Source: Mobula hypostoma
Lineage: Eukaryota
NCBI RefSeq assembly: GCF_963921235.1
Contig: NC_086118.1
Location: forward strand, 16,618,001-16,682,000
Reading direction: 5' to 3'
Length of the DNA stretch: 64,000 nucleotides
Within the stretch, counting starts at the first letter, position 1. Each line of letters starts with the position of its first letter. Below, in pieces: positions 50,531-62,071 of the stretch. A program made the position numbers and the translations under genes. The notes below the pieces were generated by a model. It searched no databases, was not told the origin of the DNA, and was given only the letters and a program-made list of their open reading frames with translations.

Positions 50531-51856
50531 ATGTGCTGGGGTGGCGGGTGGCAGTCTTCCACATCTGAGGTGGGGATGTTGTCAGTAAATGACATTTGAA
50601 ACATGATTTGTAGTCCATCTGAGAGGGAAAGACGTGGTCAGCACAGGGTTGAAAATCCCTCAAGAAAAGGGCAGAAATATTTCATTATTTTGCGTCATTC
50701 CAACATGGCTCCAATTAATGGGCCAATTAGTAGAGGACAGGAAGGGAGTTCATAGGTTAAGATCAAAATATGGTCCAGGGTGTTTGTAAAAATGGAGTCA
50801 ACAAAAAAAAATTATATGTAAAAGAGGCATAAGATACTCTGGGTTATGTCCATAAACATTGACTTATTGCAACTATCTGCTCATTTTTGTTGGTTCAATA
50901 TTACATGTCAAGGCTGTAATTCAGACTATCAAATATTCAACTTAATAACTCCATGAAAACTCCAGTTTAGGCTTCTCCCACGTCTTACTGGATCATGTGT
51001 AATTAGATCCACCTCTTGACTGTTTGACGTCAGCTCTCATCTTACAATTGCTTGTTCCCAATCAGAGGCTCCTAGGAACATACCTCTACAGATCTGAGGT
51101 AACAGAAGACTTCTGTTGACAGATATCTCTCTTTACTTACAGTATACTAGGGGAAAAAAAGGCACTGATTCACATCTATTTTTATAAAGGCAATCCCAAA
51201 ATGTTCTTCTAATAGTTTGGCAATTATAAAGATATTGGCAAAAGGGTAAATCTAATCCAATTATAAGTATGAAATTTGTTTCAGGTCACATCAGCTTCTG
51301 GCACAACATAGCAGATGGCCTTTTGATCTCATATTTCATTGCTCATATTCAGTTACATGTTGCCCTTGCAAGACTCCATTGCTCTATTTCTGAGTATTAG
51401 TCACTGTGAAACACTGGCGAGTATTTAAGTTGCGATAATCATCCACAACGGTTTTATTATTTCACTGTAGTAATCTTGTTCTCATTTGGATTGAAAAACT
51501 GCTATGATTTCAAAAGTGATAGCATTAATTGAGGCCAATTCTTCAGCACAAAAGCGTGCAGATGCCTTACATTAACTGAAATATCAGCTGTATAGAGAGA
51601 CTCCTAGCTTTTAGATTCTGTTACATTCTGGTGACAACTTCTCATGTGGGATTGAGCTTAAATGACTTTTGAATCAACGGTAATCTGACAAGTAAGGGCC
51701 TGCATTGAACATGTTAGTTTGGTGTGTAAATTGCAAAGATGTTGAACTCGGTTATAAGTATCCTCTCACATCATACCGATTGCAGAAATGTTTATTATTG
51801 AGGCAAATGTAGTCCTATGCACATATCAAGCTTGCTTTCCTTCCAGTTGAAAGTCT

Positions 51857-53755
51857 ATGAGGGAGTTGTATGAAATGTATAGGAAACAGGGGGTAAATCA
51901 GGTGCTTGAGGAGTATAAGAAGTGCAAGAAAATACTTAAGAAAGAAATCAGGAGGGCAAAAAGAAGACATGAGGTTGCCTTGGCAGTCAAAGTGAAAGAT
52001 AATCCAAAGAGTTTTTACAAGTATATTAAGAGCAAAAGGATTGTAAGGGATAAAATTGGTCCTCTTGAAGATCAGAGTGGTCGGCTTTGTGCGGAACCAA
52101 AGGAAATGGGGGAGATCTTAAATAGGTTTTTTGCGTCTGTATTTACTAAGGAAGCTGGCATGAAATCTATGGAATTGAGGGAATCAAGTAGTGAGACCAT
52201 GGAAACTGTACAGATTGAAAAGGAGGAGGTGCTTGCTGTCTTGAGGAAAATTAAAGTGGATAAATCCCCGGGACCTGACAGAGTGTTCCCTCGGACCTTG
52301 AAGGAGACTAGTGTTGAAATTGCGGGGGCCCTGGCAGAAATATTTAAAATGTCGCTGTCTACGGGTGAAGTGCTGGAGGATTGGAGAGTGGCTTATGTTG
52401 TTCTGTTGTTTAAAAAAGGATCGAAAAGTAATCTGGGAAATTATAGGCCACTGAGTTTAACGTCAGTAGTAGGTGAGTTATTGGACGGAGTACTAAGAGA
52501 CAGAATCTACAAGTATTTGGATAGACAGGGGCTTATTAGGGAGAGTCAACATGGCTTTGTGTGTGGTAGGTCATGTTTGACCAATCTGTTGGAGTTTTTC
52601 GAGGAGGTTACCAGGAAAGTGGATGAAGGGAAGGCAGTGGATATTGTCTACATGGACTTCAGTAAGGCCTTTGACAAGGTCCCGCATGGGAGGTTAGTTA
52701 GGAAAATTCAGTCGCTAGGTATACATGGAGAGGTGGAAAATTGCATTAGACATTGGCTCGATGGAAGAAGCCAGAGAGTGGTGGTAGAGAATTGCTTCTC
52801 TGAGTGGAGGCCTGTGACTAGTGGTGTGCCACAGGGATCAGTGCTGGGTCCATTGTTATTTGTCATCTATATCAATGATCTGGATGATAATGTGGTAAAC
52901 TGGATCAGCAAGTTTGCTGATGATACAAAGATTGGAGGTGTAGTAGACAGTGAGAAAGGTTTTCAGAGCCTGCAGAGAGACTTGGACCAGCTGGAAAAAT
53001 GGGCTGAAAAATGGCAGATGGAGTTTAATACTGACAAGTGTGAGGTATTGCACGTTGGAAGGACAAACCAACGTAGAACATACAGGGTTAATGGTAAGGC
53101 ACTGAGGAGTGCAGTGGAACAGAGGGATCTGGGAATACAGATACAAAATTCCCTAAAAGTGTCGTCACAGGTAGATAGGGTCGTAAAGAGAGCTTTTGGT
53201 ACATTGGCCTTTATTAATCGAAGTATTGAGTATAAGAGCTGGAATGTTATGATGAGGTTGTATAAGGCATTGGTGAGGCCGAATCTGGAGTATTGTGTTC
53301 AGTTTTGGTCACCAAATTACAGGAAGGATATAAATAAGGTTGAAAGAGTGCAGAGAAGGTTTACAAGGATGTTGCTGGGACTTGAGAAACTCAGTTACAG
53401 AGAAAGGTTGAAGAGGTTAGGACTTTATTCCCTGGAGCGTAGAAGAATGAGGGGAGATTTGATAGAGGTATATAAAATTATGATGGGTATAGATAGAGTG
53501 AATGCAAGCAGGCTTTTTCCACTGAGGCAAGGGGAGAAAAAAACCAGAGGACATGGGTTAAGGGTGAGGGGGGAAAAGTTTAAAGGGAACATTAGGGGGG
53601 GCTTTTTCACACAGAGAGTGGTGGGAGTATGGAATGAGCTGCCAGACGAGGTGGTAAATGCGGGTTCTTTTTTAACATTTAAGAATAAATTGGACAGATA
53701 CATGGATGGGAGGTGTATGGAGGGATATGGTCCGTGTGCAGGTCAGTGGGACTAG
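51857..53755 (+). CDS. CR1 ORF2 reverse transcriptase, 632 aa, lacking the endonuclease domain
   Basis: KSPGPD, NYRPLSLTS, SQHGF, YMDFSKAFDKVPH, SGVPQGSVLGP, SKFADD, RPNLEYCVQFW in one open frame. Confidence 0.85.
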   Translation: MRELYEMYRKQGVNQVLEEYKKCKKILKKEIRRAKRRHEVALAVKVKDNPKSFYKYIKSKRIVRDKIGPLEDQSGRLCAEPKEMGEILNRFFASVFTKEAGMKSMELRESSSETMETVQIEKEEVLAVLRKIKVDKSPGPDRVFPRTLKETSVEIAGALAEIFKMSLSTGEVLEDWRVAYVVLLFKKGSKSNLGNYRPLSLTSVVGELLDGVLRDRIYKYLDRQGLIRESQHGFVCGRSCLTNLLEFFEEVTRKVDEGKAVDIVYMDFSKAFDKVPHGRLVRKIQSLGIHGEVENCIRHWLDGRSQRVVVENCFSEWRPVTSGVPQGSVLGPLLFVIYINDLDDNVVNWISKFADDTKIGGVVDSEKGFQSLQRDLDQLEKWAEKWQMEFNTDKCEVLHVGRTNQRRTYRVNGKALRSAVEQRDLGIQIQNSLKVSSQVDRVVKRAFGTLAFINRSIEYKSWNVMMRLYKALVRPNLEYCVQFWSPNYRKDINKVERVQRRFTRMLLGLEKLSYRERLKRLGLYSLERRRMRGDLIEVYKIMMGIDRVNASRLFPLRQGEKKTRGHGLRVRGEKFKGNIRGGFFTQRVVGVWNELPDEVVNAGSFLTFKNKLDRYMDGRCMEGYGPCAGQWD

Positions 53756-53828
53756 GCAAAAAATGGTTCGGCACAGCCAAGAAGGGCCAAAGGGCCTGTT
53801 TCTGTGCTGTAGTTTCTATGGTTCTATG
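51859..53828 (+). mobile_element. Young CR1 LINE, 5'-truncated
   Basis: Uninterrupted RT frame and tttctatggttctatg tail. tctatga is repeated at both ends (51854-51860, 53823-53829). Confidence 0.97.
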
Positions 53829-54224
53829 ATAACCACAATTTGAATTTGTATAGTTCAGGTTCAAGCCATTTTAATTCCAGAGTTTCAGCTAACTTGGGCT
53901 CAGATTTATTTCTTGCCAAAAGCTAGTGATTGACATAAAAGCCAACAGCTAGCAAAGGAGATGGCTTCATCTGAGAAACTGGGATCAGAACTAACTGCAA
54001 CAAGAGAAAGTGTGATGGAGCATTTGTGTTTCATGGATCCTCATTACGTATCAGACAATATTGCCTTAGCACAGTTATAGCTAACTGTGAATAGGCAACA
54101 CTGTCCCTCTAAGGAGCATGGAGCTTACTAACAATACTTTGGAACAACAGTGAATGAGACTGGGAAGGTGGAGAAATGCAGTCTGCTATTCAATTCAATC
54201 AAGATTCATCAGTACTTTCTCAAC

Positions 54225-54330
54225 AAAAAATATCGACTGTCTGTTTCCTTCTGCAGACACTGCCTGACCTGCTGAGATTCTTCAGTAGTTCGTTTTTTTG
54301 CTGATCCAGATTCCAGTCTCTTGTGTCTCT
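54225..54330 (+). mobile_element. PLE terminus fragment
   Basis: atatcgactgtc..cagacactgcctgacctgctgag..ccagattccag. Confidence 0.6.
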
Positions 54331-54394
54331 TGCACATTAACTTTATTTACCTTGGTTAATTATCCTTACTTCTATCGTCTAACAGAGGTCTTAT

Positions 54395-56065
54395 AGTCAT
54401 AGATTCACAGAGAAGTATAGCATAGATACAAACCCATCAGCCCATCTCATCCATGTCAAAAACATTCAAACTGCCTACTCCCATTGACCTGCACCAGAAC
54501 CATAGTCCTCCAAATCCCGACCATCCATGCATCTATCCAAACTTCTCTTAAACATTGAAATCGAGCTCGCATGGACACTTCTGCTGGCAGCATATTCCAC
54601 ACTCTCACAAGCCTCTGAGTGAAGAAATTTCCCCTCATGTTCCCCTTAAACTTCTCACCTTTCACCCTTAACCCATGACCTCTGCTTGTACTCCCACCCA
54701 ACCTCAGTGAAAAAAGCCTGCTTGCATATACCCTATCTAATTTTGTATACCTCTATCAAATCTCCTCACCATCTTCTACGTTCTAAAGAATACAGTCCTA
54801 AACTATTCAATCTTTCCTTATAACTCAAGTCCTCCAGACTCGACAACATTCTAGAAAATTTTCTCTTTCCTCTTTCAAACTTGTTTACATCTTTCCTGTA
54901 GGTGGGTGACCAAAAATGCACACGATATTCCAAATTAGGCCTCACCAAAGTGTTGCACAACTTCAACATAAGATTCCATCTTCTGTACTCAATACATTCA
55001 TTTCTGAAGGCCTATGTGCCAAAAGCTTTCTTTACAACCCTATCTACCTATGACACCTCTTTCAATGAATTAAGTACTTGTACTCCCAGATCCTTTTGTT
55101 CCACCACACTCCTCAGTGCCCTACTGTTCACTGTGTAAGACCTATCCTGGTTGGTCCTACCAAAGTGTAAAACCTCACAATTGTCTGCATTAAATTTCAC
55201 CTGCCATTTTTCAGTCCATTTTTCCAGCTGACGCAGATCCCTCTGCAAGCTATGATAGCCTTCCTCACTGTTCACTACACCCCTAATCTTGGGGTAATTC
55301 TCAAATTTGCTGATCCAGTTAACCACATCTGACAAACAACAAAGGACCCAGCACTGATCCCTGTGGCACACCATTAGTCATAAGCCTCCAGTCAGAGAGG
55401 CAACCCTCTACTCAGACTCTCTGGCTTCTCCCACAAAGCCAGTGTCTAATGCAATTTACCACTTCATCCTGAATAATCGAGCGACTGAATCTTCTTGACC
55501 TGCTTCCCCTGTGGTACCTTGTCAAATGCCTTACTAAAGTCCATGTAGACAACATACAGTGCTTTGCCTTCATCCACTTTCTTGGCAACTTCCTCAAAAA
55601 AACTCTATAAGATTGGTTGGACATGACCTACCACCCATGAAGCTATGCTGACTATCCCTAATCAGTCCATGTCTATCCAAGTACTTGTATATCTGGTTCC
55701 TTAGAATACCTTTTAGTAATATTCCCACAACTGATGTCAGACTCATTGGCCTATAACTTACAGGTTTCTGTTTGGAGCCTTTTTTTAAAATAGCAGACAA
55801 CACTGGCTATCCTTCAATCCTCTGATACCTCTCCTGTCACTAAGGATGTTTTAATTAACTCTGCTTAAGGGCTCGGATAATTTCTGCACTTGCCTCCTGT
55901 AGAGTCTGAAGGAACACCTTGTCAGGCCCTGGGGATTTATCCACTCTGATTTGCCTCAGGGTAGCAAACACCTCCTTCCCTGTAATCTATGCAAGGTCCA
56001 TGAAGTTGGTGCTGCTTTGCCTCACTTCTATAGACTCTGTATCCATCTCCTGAGTAAATACAGAG
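54395..56065 (-). mobile_element. CR1 LINE fragment with frameshifts
   Basis: KKGSKQKPVSYRPMSLTSVVG..SQHSF; WISKF..LEKWTEKWQVKFN; LVRPNLEYRVHFWSP; FFTQRLVRVWN. Confidence 0.93.
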
Positions 56066-56358
56066 TTAATTTTGAAAATATAAATGGGTCCAACAATTGA
56101 CAGGATTTTTAGAGGAAGGGCGTTTCAAATTTCCAAAAACCCTGTTAAATCAGTGTTAACGAAACAACAGATTTCAAATTTGAGGTAATACCCCCCTGTT
56201 CTGCACCCCATCCCTTCAAGAGGGAACATCTTCACTCTTTCTAAGCTAACATATTCCTGTTTGCAACAGGAATTCTGCAGATGCTGGAAATTCAAGCAAC
56301 ACACATCAAAGTTGCTGGTGAACGCAGCAGGCCAGGCAGCATCTATAGGAAGAGGCGC

Positions 56359-56394
56359 AGTCGACGTTTCAGGCCGAGACCCTTCGTCAGGACT
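56359..56394 (-). ncRNA. Minimal type I hammerhead ribozyme motif, intact
   Basis: Exact reverse complement of 57565-57600. Confidence 0.8.
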
Positions 56395-56525
56395 AACTGA
56401 AGGAAGAGTGAGTAAGGGATTTGAAAGCTGGAGGGGGAGGGGGAGATGCAAAATGATAGGAGAAGACAGGAGGGGGAGGGATAGAGCCGAGAGCTGGACA
56501 GGCTTTTCATTCTAGGACGAGGGAG

Positions 56526-57269
56526 ATGTCTTCATTTTTTAAAGAAAGGGGCTTCCCTTCCTCCACTATCAACTCTGCTCTTAAACGCATCTCCCCCATT
56601 TCACGTACATCTGCTCTCACTCCATCCTCCCACCACCCCACTAGGAATAGGGTTCCCATGGTCCTCACCTACCACCCCACCAGCCTCCGGGTCCAACATA
56701 TTATTCTCCGTAACTTCCGCCACCTCCAACGGGATCCCACCACTAAGCACATCTTTCCCTCCCCCCCTCTCTCTGCATTCCGCAGGGATCGCTCCCTACA
56801 CAACTCCCTTGTCCATTCGTCCCCCCCATCCCTCCCCACTGATCTCCCTCCTGGCACTTATCCGTGTAAGCGGAACAAGTGCTACACATGCCCTTACACT
56901 TCCTCCCTTACCACCATTCAGGGCCCCAAACAGTCCTTCCAGGTGAGGCATCACTTCACCTGTGAGTCGACTGGGGTGATATACTGCGTCCGGTGCTCCC
57001 GATGTGGCCTTTTATATATTGGTGAGACCCGACGCAGACTGGGAGACCGCTTTGCTGAACATCTACACTCTGTCCGCCAGAGAAAGCAGGATCTCCCAGT
57101 GGCCACACATTTTAATTCCACATCCCATTCCCATTCTGACATGTCTATCCACGGCCTCCTCTACTGTAAAGATGAAGCCACACTCAGGTTGGAGGAACAA
57201 CACCTTATATTCCGTATGGGTAGCCTCCAACCTGATGGCATGAACATTGACTTCTCTAACTTCCGCTAG
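56526..57269 (+). CDS. PLE ORF C-terminal fragment, 247 aa (RT thumb end, Cys linker, GIY-YIG endonuclease)
   Basis: FKERGFP, LTYHP, CKRNKCYTC, VIYCVRCSRCGLLYIGET, RFAEH, VATHF, PDGMN. Confidence 0.8.
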   Translation: MSSFFKERGFPSSTINSALKRISPISRTSALTPSSHHPTRNRVPMVLTYHPTSLRVQHIILRNFRHLQRDPTTKHIFPSPPLSAFRRDRSLHNSLVHSSPPSLPTDLPPGTYPCKRNKCYTCPYTSSLTTIQGPKQSFQVRHHFTCESTGVIYCVRCSRCGLLYIGETRRRLGDRFAEHLHSVRQRKQDLPVATHFNSTSHSHSDMSIHGLLYCKDEATLRLEEQHLIFRMGSLQPDGMNIDFSNFR

Positions 57270-57564
57270 GCCCCACCTCCCCCTCGTACCCCATCTGTTA
57301 CTCTTTTTTATGCACACATTCTTTCTCTCACTCTCCTTTTTCTCCCTCTGTCCCTCTGAATATACCTCTTGCCCATCCTCTGGGTCACCCCCCCCCCCCG
57401 TCTTTCTTCCCGGACCTCCTGTCCCATGATCCTCTCGTATCCCCTTCTGCCTATCACCTGTCCAGCTCTCGGCTCTATCCCTCCCCCTCCTGTCTTCTCC
57501 TATCATTTTGCATCTCCCCCTCCCCCTCCAGCTTTCAAATCCCTTACTCACTCTTCCTTCAGTT

Positions 57565-57600
57565 AGTCCTGACGAAGGGTCTCGGCCTGAAACGTCGACT
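57565..57600 (+). ncRNA. Minimal type I hammerhead ribozyme motif, intact
   Basis: Stem I AGUC/GACU, core CUGACGA 57569-57575, stem II AGG/CCU, GAAA 57589-57592, palindromic ACGU. Predicted cleavage after C57596. Confidence 0.82.
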
Positions 57601-57894
57601 GTGCAAATTCCTGCTTGCTGTCGCTGACAATGCTAACCCACTATACTGTGGTTGGAGGGAACTTCTGGGTCTAATTAGGGAGGCACACAATGCGTTGGTG
57701 GTCAGGGGCATTTGTCCTGCTTTGAATAGATGTCATTCACCTCTCCCTATTGAGCAGAGATTGTGACCCCTGGTGTTTGAGTGAAGGTATTCCCAGCTGG
57801 CCCCAACAGTTTACAAGTAAAGCTACTAGCTGCTTCTTCAGGGATCCAGACTGCTTCACCAACTCACCCACTTCCCTACCTATCTCTGCCGCTC

Positions 57895-57990
57895 AACAGA
57901 AAATGTTTGAAACACTCAGAAGGTCAGGCAGCATCTGTGGAAAGAGATAAGAGTTAACATTTCAGATCCAAGATGCTTCATCAGAACTTC
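57895..57990 (-). mobile_element. PLE terminus fragment with hammerhead core
   Basis: Reverse reads gtt-ctgatga-agcatcttggatct-gaaa-tgtt-aac, then ccacagatgctgcctgacc. Confidence 0.65.
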
Positions 57991-59009
57991 CAGCATCAGG
58001 GGTAATTTTTGATCTTCTTTCCTGCTCTGACCAAGAACATAGTGTATTTAATCTCAATAAGAGTCTCCAGTAATACCCTGGAGGCTGGAGGTCTCAGAAT
58101 GAGAAGGTCTGATCCACCCAATTTCGACCCTGTCGCCTCAGGCCCAAAAAGCAAGCTCTCTCTAGGTGACAACCCCAGGATTTCCCTAATAATGAAAGTT
58201 TCATCAGTCATTGGTTTGAGCACAGGTAAAACAAAAAATCCTGAGGGCACTTTTAAACAACCATGGTTTCTGCTAAATCAACTGTATTGTTTGATCTAAA
58301 AATATTGATGTTTAGAGAAAATGGCTTTTGTGCCAGGGAAGGTGTATGAGGTAAGAAGTCACATGACAGAGTCACCCTGACTACCTTCAACCAGAGTTAG
58401 CAACCTGGGTGAATACAAGTCTGTTAACTTGGTGCCATTCACACACCACAAAATTACAAAGTCAGAAACCTCTTATTTGCTCCATCAACTGACTTTGCCA
58501 CCTATAGCACCACTTATGCCAATTTTCCAAGTTCAGTGTACAACAAGACTGTGAATTACTTCATTCCACATAACTGTCACTAAAAAAACATAAACCTCAT
58601 TATAGTAGTTGTAGCAGCCAAAGAAGAGCTTGTACTACTTGGAATAGCCCTGGAATGAGTTTGTACTTCTGTATACCATTGGTATCAGTGAACAATCAGC
58701 ATTCCAGTGCTCAAGACAGCTTACTACATTTCCTGAGTAACATACAGTGCTCGGGTTGTATTCGAAACACAACAGCTCTAATATTCAATTACTGTAGTAT
58801 TAATGGTTTAAAACAAATGGATGAATGCAAGCATTCCAATTTCACCCCTGGCATAAAGGTCTTAATAGCATTTTAAAGACCAGGAAAGGTGGCCACTGTT
58901 CATTGCCGGGGCAGTCTCCAGGGCAGTTACAAGGAATGAGACTCAGACGACTGAGATCCAGTTGAAAAGCCGTGGCTATTTGCAGGCAGGATACAAGGCA
59001 GCAAACCAT

Positions 59010-59310
59010 AAAAAACAAGAAAGTCTGCAGATGTCTTAAATTCAAAGCAACACACACAAAATGCTGGAGGAACTCAGCAGGTCAAGGCACCACATATGGG
59101 AATGAATAAACAGTCGGTGTTTTGGGCTAAGACCTTTCTTCAGGACTGAGGAGGAAGGGGGAAGATGCCAGGATGAAAAAGTTGGGGGAGAGGAAGGAGG
59201 CTAGCTGGAAGGTGATATCTGGATGGGAAAGGTCAAGGGCTGGAAAAGAAGGAATCTGATAGGAGGGGAGAGTGGACCACAAGAGAAAGGGAAGGGTGGT
59301 GGGGGGAAAT
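59010..59310 (-). mobile_element. PLE 3' UTR/terminus fragment of a related family
   Basis: tctgcagatg..cacaaaatgctggaggaactcagcaggtc..ttcaggactga, followed by a purine-rich tract. Confidence 0.75.
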
Positions 59311-60824
59311 AAAGTGGCTCAAAAATCTTTTTGGAGCCATAGATGTGCTGTCAAGGTATTAGTCACCTGCTATAAATAGTTGATTCAGGTAACATTCATT
59401 GAACCACACTGGATAGCACCCAATGCTTTCTTTACTAATATCTTCTTGTGTTCCAGCCAAGGGCATGTGGCAAATCAATGAGGCAGTCAGCATTTCTTAA
59501 AGTATTCTTGCACTTTCACAGCAATGTATGTGGCAGCAAATTCACTCACAGCAGAGATGGATTTCAGAGTCCCGTGACAAGTTTTTGCTGGCAGTAGAAG
59601 TGAAAGAGTGACTGAAGGAGTACAAAGAGTCTGGGATATTGCACCAAAGTCAGCTGCAAGCAGTGGACAGGAGTGCCCATTCCCAGTCAAGTGGCAGAAA
59701 GATCTTCATCAGCATTGGGAAGAAGTCAGGAATTAGGCTAAGATGGGGGTACATTCAGCAGAAGTTCACTGACCTCACCAAATTTACAACATAAGAATAA
59801 TCTGAGTTGCTTTCATAATTCTACCGCTTATAATTTCACTCCTTGTAAAACTCCCTTTCTTAATAGTTCTTCATTGTCCTCCATTCATTGTTTTGTAGTT
59901 TTATTTCATCTCTTCCTTGTATCCTCTGCGACAGTAATCCTCACAAACCCAAATTTGCACCTTCCAGGCCTATGGGTCACTGGATTTCAATTTCTCTCTT
60001 TCTCTCTTCCTCTTGCACTTGTCACTACCCAACAGAAGTTGAAGGCTTACTCCTAATTATTGCTAATGTCATGGGGTATGCTGGGGTTGATCATATCTCC
60101 GTCCAGTGGCATGTAGAAAAGCTCCTCCCATAGAGACAGAGAGATGCTAATTCTAGGCTTGGTAATGTTTCCTGTGGCAGAACGATGGTCCTGACAAATA
60201 ATGCCTTGAGCCATTCAATGGTTTTAGTTTGCTAGCCTGGTTGGAATACATGTAACCATAGTCAGGTGAAAACTGGGACTGTAACACCATCCATACTCTT
60301 GTCAAATTATCTAAGGCACCAGAAACAAAAAAAAACAGCAAAAAAACCGGCTCGGTTTTTGACAAAGTCAATGCACCAGAGGGATGAAGCAGTTCTGCAA
60401 GGTAAACGGGCAGCCTGATCTGTGAAAAAATCTGTAAGTGTGCAGAATCTCTCAGATCATAGCTGGTAGGGGATCCTTCCTGCTGCATCAGCAGCTCAAT
60501 ATGTCATGGCAAAGAAATGTAAAACAGGGATGCATCAAAAACGTATGAAGAGCTCTTGGTTACTTGACGGTCAGCATAGACACGACAAATTGAAGGAACT
60601 ATTTTTGCACTGTATTACACTCTTACTTCATTCTTCCTTTCACACTTCCCCAGCATGTCCATAATGCTTAACGTGGTGATTGCTGCACTTGTACCTGGAA
60701 CTGTGCTTGTATCCTACCTGATGTTTGTCAACCTCGAGAACTGGTACAAAACATGTATAAAACAAAACACCTTGCTCAGGAACTCCTAGGTCAACATGTT
60801 TTATCTGCTTCTTTCAATTCATTC

Positions 60825-61356
60825 GTGTGCAATTTTAGTCACCTACTTACAGGAAAGATGTAGATAAGGTTGAAAGAATACAGGGAAAATTTATAAGGAT
60901 ATTGCCGGGACTGGAGGACCTGAGTTATAAGGAAATATTGAATAAGTTAGGACTTTGTTCCTTGGAATGTGGAAAGCTGAGGGGAGATTTGATAAAAGTA
61001 TACAAAATTATGAGGCATATAAATAGAATAAGTGCAAGAAAGACCATGAAGTTGGGTGGGACTACAACTAAAGGTCATGGGTTAAGGGTGAAAGGTGAAA
61101 GTTTAAGGGAAGAATGAGGAGATACTTCTTCACTCAGAGGGTCATGAGAGCGTGGAATGAGCCGCCAGTGCAAGTGATGTGTGCAAGCTCGATTTCAATG
61201 TTCAAAAGAAGTTTGAACAGGTAGGTGGATGGTAGGAGTATAGAGGGCTATGGTCTGGGTGAAGGCCGATGGGCGTAAGGAGTTTAGTGGGTTCAGCATG
61301 AACTAGATGGGCTGAAGGGCCTATTTCTGTGTTGTGTTTTTCTATGACTCTATGAC
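60825..61356 (+). mobile_element. CR1 3' fragment
   Basis: PGLEDLSYKEILNKLGL..LRGDLIKVYKIM..GHGLRVKGE; tail ttctatgactctatg. Confidence 0.9.
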
Positions 61357-62071
61357 ATTTAGTGAGTAAAATCTTGTTATATCAACAGCAAGATAACATA
61401 AAGCCAGTCAGCCTGGAATGGGAGGTTTAATCTACAATCCTTTTACAGAAAATAATCTGGATGAGAGTTCACCTGAGAGAGAAGGATAACTCTCTCCTTA
61501 TAAAGTGCACATAAGCTATTTATAACTGATTATATTTTCACTGCATAGATCAGCATCTACAAACTATTATGCTTTTAAATGTAAGAGCTTACTGGTCAAA
61601 TGCAAAGTGGACAGGATGAGCGGTCTGCTTTATTTCTGACTCAGCAGCTTCATTCCACAGCAGAAACAGCTAGGTCTGCCTTTTATTTCAAGTGGCTCAT
61701 GAGTTTTTATAGAATGAAAGGAAATGCTCATAGCACACAGTTATCTGTAAGAGACATGCATTGTCGAGATTCTTCACTCCACTTTCACAACCCCAAGATG
61801 AAGAATACAACAGTAAAACAAGCTCAAATTTTTAAAATTTAGTTTCTGATTGTACTTCTCTGTTGCCAGGGGTAAAAGTGCCATCACTGCTAATAGGCAC
61901 ACTATTTTATACCTCAGATCAGAAAGCTAGCTGAGAGTACTCACATGGATATTTGTAATGGCTCTCTCTGAAGCTAATAGCAGGAAAAGTGACTGTAAGG
62001 ATGGATATTCCTCTGCAAATATAGGGAAATCATAAATAAAAGATTCATAAATATAACTGTACCTGAACCAC

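Larger units (their letters stand above)
56265..57603 (+). mobile_element. Penelope-like element (Neptune-type), 5'-truncated, with an inverted terminal repeat at its 5' end
   Basis: 56265-56502 is the PLE end in reverse orientation; the ORF fragment follows. 56358-56502 and 57457-57601 form a 145-bp inverted repeat with no mismatch seen. Confidence 0.95.

Noticed and set aside
57996..58299. Overlapping sense and antisense ORFs (96 and 84 aa)
   Set aside because: No recognisable protein similarity; length within chance.
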